DNA of 64,000 nt from Bacteroidota bacterium (GTDB taxonomy: Bacteria; Bacteroidota; Bacteroidia; CAIKAF01). The notes beneath the pieces are model-generated. The model was not told the origin of the DNA. It was given only the letters and a program-made list of their open reading frames with translations, and did no database searches. The stretch covers positions 318 through 64,317 of the forward strand of contig JAEZEQ010000052.1 in assembly GCA_023432985.1 (NCBI GenBank). The letters run 5' to 3'. How positions within the stretch are numbered: position 1 is the stretch's first letter; each line of letters starts with the position of its first letter. A program made the position numbers and the translations under genes. Positions 57,905-64,000 of the stretch are shown piece after piece.

Positions 57905-58989
57905 TGGAATTACCCGGCTCTTTGCATAACATGCTGAATAAAAGGGAGAAGGAAGATAATCTTCGCGTGCTTCCTGACTTTCGGATTAATGGTGTTCAAC
58001 TGGCTGCAAATGATTATTTGAATTTTTCTAAACTCCGAATTTTAGAATCTGACTTGCCCGTGGGTAGTGGTGGATCTCGCCTGATAAGCGGAAATTTTCC
58101 CATTTTTCACAAACTCGAAAATGAAATTTTACCGCAATTCCACCAATCGGAAGCGGCTCTCTTTTTTAATTCGGGCTATGTGGCCAATCTGGGTCTAATC
58201 TCCGCCCTTGCACAAAAAAATGATATCATTTTGTATGATCAAAAAGTGCATGCCAGTATACGCGACGGAATGCGCCTCGGATTTGCCAAACATTTCTCTT
58301 TCAAACACAATGATATGAAAGACCTGGAACATAAACTCAAATCGCACAATGCTACTGTTTATGTAATCGCTGAATCTATTTACAGTATGGACGGTGATCA
58401 GGCTCCACTTGCCGATATGGTAGCCCTATGCAAAGCGTATAAAGCAAGACTTATTATCGATGAAGCGCATGCTCTGGGCGTAATCGGAAAAGGATTGAGT
58501 CAGGAACTTCGACTGGAAAATGAAATCTTTGCCCGCGTTTTTACTTACGGAAAAGCCCTGGGTTTACACGGAGCATCCGTTTGTGGCTCAATGGATTTAA
58601 TTCGTTTTCTAATTAATTTTTCGCGCCCTTTTATCTATACCACTGCGGCTTCTCCGGCCGAAATAGAACGCTTAATCGCTCATTTGATGTATTTTGAATC
58701 GGAGCCCGGACTCAACGAACAAAAAGCATTGAAAAAGATTATAAACGCCTATGCCCGTTATGCAGCTGAATTCGGCCACCATGCCAATCCAACTGCCATA
58801 CAATTTATACGAACCGGTTCCAATCAAAGCGCTAAAGAACTTGAACGAAAATGTAATAATGCCGGTTATTTAGTCAAAGCCATCAAACATCCCACCGTAG
58901 CCAAAGGTGAAGAAGGTATTCGCATTTGCCTTCATTCTCAATTAAACCCGCAGATTTGGCCCGATTTTTTTAACTGCATCCAATCATGA
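57904..58989 (+). CDS. bioF: 8-amino-7-oxononanoate synthase
   Basis: The ATG at 57904 overlaps the bioB stop (TAATG). PLP-enzyme motifs SGYVANLG, DEAHALG and TYGKALG (PLP Lys). Confidence 0.9.
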   Translation: MELPGSLHNMLNKREKEDNLRVLPDFRINGVQLAANDYLNFSKLRILESDLPVGSGGSRLISGNFPIFHKLENEILPQFHQSEAALFFNSGYVANLGLISALAQKNDIILYDQKVHASIRDGMRLGFAKHFSFKHNDMKDLEHKLKSHNATVYVIAESIYSMDGDQAPLADMVALCKAYKARLIIDEAHALGVIGKGLSQELRLENEIFARVFTYGKALGLHGASVCGSMDLIRFLINFSRPFIYTTAASPAEIERLIAHLMYFESEPGLNEQKALKKIINAYARYAAEFGHHANPTAIQFIRTGSNQSAKELERKCNNAGYLVKAIKHPTVAKGEEGIRICLHSQLNPQIWPDFFNCIQS

Positions 58990-59591
58990 AAGAACAGTAT
59001 TTTGTAAGCGGAATTGGAACAAATATTGGAAAAACCATTGCCTCGGCTGTATTGTGTGAATATCTACAAGCTGCTTATTATAAGCCTATTCAGTCCGGAA
59101 ATTTAGAGCAGCCTGAATCAGAAATTGTCGCCTCTTTGGTGGAGGGACTTCGGGTGTTTCCAACGACGGTTTTACTCAAAGAAGCGCTGTCGCCCCATTT
59201 GGCCGCAGAAAAGGAAAATATCCAACTCTCTTTGGACGATTTTTCACTTCCTTCTTATAATGATGCCCTGATTGTGGAGGGGGCAGGCGGCATCCTCGTG
59301 CCTCTGAATCAAACCCATACCATGGCCGATTTAATGGAGCATTTTCAATTGCCCATTATTCTCGTTGCTTCTCATTATCTGGGGAGCATCAACCATACTC
59401 TGCTAAGCATAGCTTATTTAAAAAGTCGAAAAATGCCCCTAAAAGGTATTATTTTTAACGGCATCGAAAATCCCGATTCCGAACGTATAATTTTGAAACA
59501 GAGTGCTGTCCGGCATTTAGGGAATATTCCTTATATGGAAAACTTAAATCCGGATTCTATTAAATCAGCTGCTCAAAATCTTCATTTTTAA
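58986..59591 (+). CDS. bioD: Dethiobiotin synthase
   Basis: 201 aa. P-loop GIGTNIGKT, EGAGG motif and ATGA overlap with bioF. Confidence 0.9.
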   Translation: MKEQYFVSGIGTNIGKTIASAVLCEYLQAAYYKPIQSGNLEQPESEIVASLVEGLRVFPTTVLLKEALSPHLAAEKENIQLSLDDFSLPSYNDALIVEGAGGILVPLNQTHTMADLMEHFQLPIILVASHYLGSINHTLLSIAYLKSRKMPLKGIIFNGIENPDSERIILKQSAVRHLGNIPYMENLNPDSIKSAAQNLHF

Positions 59592-60853
59592 TGTATTCAC
59601 AAAAAGATCATCGCTATATCTGGCACCCCTTTCAGGCCTATGCTCCGGAAGCAAATCAAATTGAAGTGCTCAAAGGGAAGGCCGAATTTCTATACGATAA
59701 TAACGGAAAAAGTTATATTGATGCCATTAGTTCGTGGTGGGTGAATATTCACGGACATACGCATCCTTATATCAATCAGAAAATTGCCGAACAATTGGCC
59801 GAATTGGAACATGTAATTTTCAGCGGATTTACCCATAAACCGGCAATTGATCTGGCAGAAAAATTGGTGCAATGGAATGGGGGAGACGGAAAAATTTTCT
59901 TTTCGGATAATGGAAGTACGGCTATTGAAATTGCCCTGAAAATGGCTATTCAGTACAGACATAATAAACATGAATCCAAACCTGTATTCTGGGCTTTTGA
60001 AGGCAGTTACCACGGCGATACCTTCGGGAGTATGAGCGTGAGCGAAAGAGATGTGTTTACGCACACTTTTCGGAATTATCTCTTTGATGTCACTTTTTTC
60101 CCCTTACCCAATGCGCAAAATATTGGCGATATTTTAGGCGAAATGCAAAAATTGGCCGCCCGGCAAAATGTGGGCGCGTTTATTTATGAGCCTTTGGTGC
60201 AAGGAGCGGGCGGAATGCGTATGTATAAACCCGAATTACTCCAGTCTATACTCGAATTATGTCGAAATCATGAAATCCTGACCATTGCCGATGAGGTAAT
60301 GACCGGATTTTATAGAACCGGCAAAAAATGGGCTTCGGATTATATGGCATTCAGACCCGATTTTGTTTGTATGAGTAAGGCCATTACAGGTGGCTATTTG
60401 CCTTTGGGAGCTACGTGGATAGCCCCTCAAATTCTGGAATGTTTTCAATCTTCGGAACCGGAAAAAACTTTTTATCATGGCCATAGCTTCACCGGAAATC
60501 CAATTTCTTGTGCGGCTGCAAATGCCTCGATCGAATTACTCGAAAATGCAAGTGTCCAAGAAACCATTCAGGAGCTGGGATTTAAATTGGAATCTATGGC
60601 TGCAGATTGGGCCAAAAATCCGCTTCTGTCGGACGTACGTTGCCGGGGTAATATCCTCGCCGCCGATGTTAAACTCCCCCATGAAGGCTATTTTTATAAT
60701 CATCCCGTCCAATCGGATTTGAAACAAAAAGCGCTGGATGCAGGCATACTACTCAGACCTATGGGCAATGTAATCTACATTATTCCGCCTTATTGCATCA
60801 GTGACGAAAGTCTGCATAAAATCAACTCATTTGTATGCAACTTAACTTTATAA
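59591..60853 (+). CDS. bioA: Adenosylmethionine-8-amino-7-oxononanoate aminotransferase
   Basis: 420 aa. Class III aminotransferase: WHPF, SSWWVN.HGH, DEVMTGF and PLP Lys in MSKAITGGYLPLG. TAATG overlap with bioD. Confidence 0.9.
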   Translation: MYSQKDHRYIWHPFQAYAPEANQIEVLKGKAEFLYDNNGKSYIDAISSWWVNIHGHTHPYINQKIAEQLAELEHVIFSGFTHKPAIDLAEKLVQWNGGDGKIFFSDNGSTAIEIALKMAIQYRHNKHESKPVFWAFEGSYHGDTFGSMSVSERDVFTHTFRNYLFDVTFFPLPNAQNIGDILGEMQKLAARQNVGAFIYEPLVQGAGGMRMYKPELLQSILELCRNHEILTIADEVMTGFYRTGKKWASDYMAFRPDFVCMSKAITGGYLPLGATWIAPQILECFQSSEPEKTFYHGHSFTGNPISCAAANASIELLENASVQETIQELGFKLESMAADWAKNPLLSDVRCRGNILAADVKLPHEGYFYNHPVQSDLKQKALDAGILLRPMGNVIYIIPPYCISDESLHKINSFVCNLTL

Positions 60854-60856
60854 AAA

Positions 60857-60883
60857 ATGCCGATTTTTAGAAAAAATCGGCAT
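60857..60883. terminator. Bidirectional terminator between convergent bioA and the long E1 gene
   Basis: 12-bp perfect stem atgccgattttt/aaaaatcggcat with 3-nt loop. A-run upstream, A/T-rich downstream. Confidence 0.65.
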
Positions 60884-60902
60884 ACAAAATGGGATATAGC
60901 TA

Positions 60903-63335
60903 TTAAATTTCCGGAAATAAATCGGGCTTACTTTCATGCATCATGGCATAAATTTGCTCTATTATATCTTCGGCATTGGGCTTACTGAAATAGTCGCCAT
61001 CGCTTGCATAGGCCGGTCTGTGGTCTTGCGCACTGATGGTTTTGGCCGGTAAATCCAGATAGTCGAACGCTTTTTGATCTTCGACGATTTGTTGCAGGAT
61101 ATAGGAACTTGCTCCTCCTCTTACGTCTTCGTCTACAATCACTAAGCGATTTGTTTTCTTGACGCTATGCGCACATACATGTTCCAAATCAAATGGTATT
61201 AGGGTTTGCGCATCGATGAGTTCGACCGATATTCCCATTTTTTCTAATTGATTAACAGCTTCTTCGCATACACGTAGCGTACTACCATAAGAAACCAGGG
61301 TAATATCTTCACCTTCTTTTAAGATTTCGGGTTTTCCTAAAGGCACACTGAAGGTACCAATATTTGATGGCATTTTTTCTTTGAGTCTGTATCCGTTCAA
61401 CGGCTCTATAACTATAGCCGGATCATCTGCCTGTAAGAGGGTATTGTACATACCGGCCGCTTGTGTCATATTGCGCGGTACGCATACATAGACCCCGCGC
61501 ACACTATGCAGAATCATACCTATGGGCGAGCCACTGTGCCAGATTCCTTCGAGTCGGTGTCCGCGCGTACTGATAATGAGAGGTGCACTTTGTCCGCTCT
61601 TTGTACGATATCTGAGTGTGGCCAAATCATCGCTGATGGTTTGGATAGCATAGAGTAAATAATCGAGATATTGTATTTCGGCTACAGGTCTTAATCCGCG
61701 CATGGCCATTCCGATTCCTTGACCTACAATAGTCATCTCGCGTATGCCGGTATCAAAAACCCGCAATTCGCCATGTTTCTTTTGCATGCCTTCCAAGGTC
61801 TGATTCACCCCGCCTATGCCGCCTACATCTTCTCCGAAAATCATTACTTCGGGTCTGTTAGACAGAATATAATCCCAATTTTCTTTCAAAATCAAACGTC
61901 CGTCGGTCAGATTTTCGCCATCATATTCGATCTTGTTTTCCTTAACCTTCAGGGCCGAATATTTATTTTCGGCATATAAATGGGTATTGTAGCGGTCTGC
62001 ATTTAGTTCGGATTGCAGAGCCAATAGTTTTTTAATTTCATTTTTGGCATTTGTATTTTCGAAACGCGTGAGGTAAAGAGCATGACGCAAGGTCCCGATT
62101 ATATTGTGTCTATTCGGATCTATGCTATTCTCCATCTCTTTTTTCATAGCAAGAAGCGCATCTGCATGTGCCGATTCCTGAGCCAATAATTCCAATAAGG
62201 CCGAAGCTTCCAGCATTTCGCTTTTAATTTCGGATTGGAAATCGTTCCAGGCTTCTTGTTTAGATTGGCGTACGAATTTTTTGGCTTCCTCCTCGATGTT
62301 TTGCAATTCATCTGCCTGAGCCAAACCATTATCGAGCATCCATTTTTTCATTTGGGCTATACAGTCGTACTCCTGTTCCCATTCCAATCTTTCTTTGGAT
62401 TTATATCTTTCGTGTGATCCGCTGGTGGAATGTCCTTGAGGTTGCGTACATTCTTCGACATGCACTAAAACGGGAATATGATCCATGCGGCATAGCGCCG
62501 TTGCTTTTTGATAGGTTTCGATCAAATGGGTATAATCCCATCCTTTGGTTTTGAAAATAAGAATTCCGGGGCCATTTTCATCCTTTTGAAATCCGCTTAA
62601 AGCATTCGAAATACTGCCTTTAGCGGTTTGGAATTCTTTAGGTACAGAAATGCCGTATCCATCGTCCCATACGCTCATACAAAGAGGAACCTGAAGTACC
62701 GCAGCGGCATTCATGGTTTCCCAAAATTGTCCTTCGGACGTACTGGCATCACCGATGGTACCAAATGCGATTTCATTTCCGTTTACAGAAAAATCGTTGA
62801 ATTTTTTCAATCCTTTATCTTGTCTGAAATGCTTAGATGCCAAAGCAAGTCCCAGCAAACGAGGCATTTGTCCCGCCGTAGGCGAAATATCACAACTGCT
62901 GTTTTTATATTGTATGGTAGGAATGCGATTTCCGTTTTTATCGAGAAAACGGGTGGCATAATGTCCGTTCATTTGTCGACCCCCGGTCATAGGTTCTCTT
63001 TCTATATTGGGATCGGCATACAACTGAGCGAAAAATTGTTTTACGGTCAATAATCCCGCAGCCATCATGAAAGTTTGATCGCGATAATAACCACTTCTCC
63101 AGTCTCCTTTTCGGAATACCTTTGCCAGCGCAATTTGTGCTATCTCTTTTCCATCTCCGAAAATTCCGAATTTGGCCTTACCGGTTAATACTTCCCTACG
63201 GCCCAATAAAGAGGCTTCACGGCTTTCGCAAGCAATTTTATAATCGTTTAAAACCTCCGCTTTAAAATCTTCGAAGGTGATTTTTTCATTGTCGAGAACA
63301 TTTGTCTCTCTATAGGCATTATTTGTAGAACTCAT
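60903..63335 (-). CDS. 2-oxoacid dehydrogenase E1 component, long fused alpha/beta form
   Basis: About 810 aa from the ATG at 63335. Alpha half with variant TPP motif GDASTSEGQFWETMNAAAVLQVPLCMSVWDDGYG. A ~130-aa helical linker precedes the beta half (FDTGIREMTIVG ... EIQYLDY). Confidence 0.8.
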   Translation of the reverse strand: MSSTNNAYRETNVLDNEKITFEDFKAEVLNDYKIACESREASLLGRREVLTGKAKFGIFGDGKEIAQIALAKVFRKGDWRSGYYRDQTFMMAAGLLTVKQFFAQLYADPNIEREPMTGGRQMNGHYATRFLDKNGNRIPTIQYKNSSCDISPTAGQMPRLLGLALASKHFRQDKGLKKFNDFSVNGNEIAFGTIGDASTSEGQFWETMNAAAVLQVPLCMSVWDDGYGISVPKEFQTAKGSISNALSGFQKDENGPGILIFKTKGWDYTHLIETYQKATALCRMDHIPVLVHVEECTQPQGHSTSGSHERYKSKERLEWEQEYDCIAQMKKWMLDNGLAQADELQNIEEEAKKFVRQSKQEAWNDFQSEIKSEMLEASALLELLAQESAHADALLAMKKEMENSIDPNRHNIIGTLRHALYLTRFENTNAKNEIKKLLALQSELNADRYNTHLYAENKYSALKVKENKIEYDGENLTDGRLILKENWDYILSNRPEVMIFGEDVGGIGGVNQTLEGMQKKHGELRVFDTGIREMTIVGQGIGMAMRGLRPVAEIQYLDYLLYAIQTISDDLATLRYRTKSGQSAPLIISTRGHRLEGIWHSGSPIGMILHSVRGVYVCVPRNMTQAAGMYNTLLQADDPAIVIEPLNGYRLKEKMPSNIGTFSVPLGKPEILKEGEDITLVSYGSTLRVCEEAVNQLEKMGISVELIDAQTLIPFDLEHVCAHSVKKTNRLVIVDEDVRGGASSYILQQIVEDQKAFDYLDLPAKTISAQDHRPAYASDGDYFSKPNAEDIIEQIYAMMHESKPDLFPEI

Positions 63336-63353
63336 AGACAATTTATATGCGAA

Positions 63354-63361
63354 CAAAAATA
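63354..63361 (-). promoter_or_regulatory. Candidate -7 box (TATTTTTG on the minus strand) for the long E1 gene
   Basis: Plus-strand CAAAAATA, 18 nt upstream of the ATG at 63335. It overlaps the TTG of the longer ORF model. Confidence 0.4.
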
Positions 63362-63422
63362 CATATTTAGCTCGGTAAATACAAAACCTGCGTCATTACA
63401 GGCTAAGAAGCTGATTAAAAAG

Positions 63423-63451
63423 AAAAAAGCAAGAATTGCTTCTTGCTTTTT
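63423..63451 (-). terminator. Rho-independent (bidirectional) terminator directly after tRNA-Leu
   Basis: Stem gcaagaa/ttcttgc with 4-nt loop ttgc, flanked by A6 and T6. It abuts the tRNA 3' CCA. Confidence 0.7.
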
Positions 63452-63536
63452 TGGTGACCGAGGGGGGACTTGAACCCCCACAGCTTGCGCCATACGCCCC
63501 TCAAACGTACGTGTATACCAATTTCACCACTCGGCC
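63452..63536 (-). tRNA. tRNA-Leu (anticodon GAG)
   Basis: Hand-folded 85-nt cloverleaf. Acceptor GGCCGAG/CTCGGTC with one G-U pair. Anticodon stem TACGT/GCGTA, loop TTGAGGG (anticodon GAG, G37). 13-nt variable arm. T arm GGGGG-TTCAAGT-CCCCC. Discriminator A and encoded CCA. Confidence 0.85.
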
Positions 63537-63545
63537 TTTTTTTGC

Positions 63546-64000
63546 TTATTTCAGTTTCGAAATGGCGGCACAAATATCGGAAAAAATATGTTCGATTGTA
63601 CCAATACCATTAATAACTTCTACGATTCCTCTTTCTTCATAATACTCTTTTAATGGAAAGGTCTCGTTTTTATATACTTGTATGCGATTTCTTATTATAT
63701 TTTCGTCTGCATCGTCTGTTCTCCCGCTGGTTAACGCTCTGTTTTTCAAACGGGCGATGAGTTCTTCTTCGTTTACCTCGAGGCTCACAATTCCGTTGAT
63801 TTTTGCATGATAATCATTCAATAAGGCATCTAGTGCTTCTGCTTGTGGGATTGTGCGTGGAAATCCGTCGAAAATGAAGCCATTGGCATCTTTATTTTTC
63901 TCCATTTCTCCTTTCAACATATTCACGGTAACCTCATCGGGTACTAACTTACCTGCATCTATATAGGTTTTGGCTAATTCGCCCAGTTCGGTTCCGTTTT
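63546..64000 (-). CDS. adk: Adenylate kinase (5' end beyond the window)
   Basis: The reading frame stays open to position 64000. Translated ...[32 protein letters not shown]...[18 protein letters not shown]...[16 protein letters not shown] matches adenylate kinase core and lid motifs. Confidence 0.9.
   Translation of the reverse strand, partial: NGTELGELAKTYIDAGKLVPDEVTVNMLKGEMEKNKDANGFIFDGFPRTIPQAEALDALLNDYHAKINGIVSLEVNEEELIARLKNRALTSGRTDDADENIIRNRIQVYKNETFPLKEYYEERGIVEVINGIGTIEHIFSDICAAISKLK

Noticed and set aside
63416-63545. tRNA-Leu as a possible genomic-island or integrase attachment site.
   Set aside because: There is no integrase and no direct repeat of the tRNA 3' end. No compositional shift is visible. 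Both flanks are housekeeping genes (adk and the E1 dehydrogenase).
1-64000. Scan for CRISPR arrays, IS elements, transposases, toxin-antitoxin pairs, restriction-modification or other defence genes.
   Set aside because: No regularly spaced direct repeats, terminal inverted repeats or recognisable motifs of these families were seen. Intergenic spacers are all 200 nt or shorter and are explained by promoters or terminators. Long-range nucleotide repeats cannot be excluded by eye.

Overview
Dense chromosomal segment, more than 90% coding, from a Bacteroidota genome, probably Flavobacteriia or Cytophagia-like. The phylum call rests on about 40% GC by eye, TAnnTTTG-type -7 promoter boxes, many lipoproteins and type IX secretion (T9SS) C-terminal sorting domains. 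I call 40 protein genes (one truncated at the right edge), one tRNA-Leu(GAG), nine hairpin terminators and 14 candidate -7 promoter boxes. I found no CRISPR array, transposase, integrase or phage genes. Most of the content is housekeeping: guaB, guaA, dapF, yidC, ftsE, adk, a tightly overlapped bioB-bioF-bioD-bioA operon, kynU-kmo of the aerobic tryptophan-to-NAD route, a SurA/PpiC chaperone cluster, an acyl-CoA carboxyltransferase and two fused E1 alpha/beta 2-oxoacid dehydrogenases. The best candidate for an under-described system is at 35765-41913 on the minus strand. There a PorV/PorQ-like outer-membrane barrel gene overlaps (ATGA) a 1672-aa gingipain/C25 sortase-like protein that carries its own T9SS sorting domain. 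This looks like a paralogous PorU2/PorV2-type sorting module. Two large type-B-CTD surface proteins lie in the same window. Secondary oddities: a CzcA-type RND pump fused in frame to a TolC-like outer-membrane factor across a complete internal signal peptide; an M19-like hydrolase, Rieske oxygenase and FAD oxidoreductase trio; a kynU-kmo-ABC exporter operon; and the biotin operon flanked by the two E1 fusions. All family calls come from motif recognition by eye. No database search was run.
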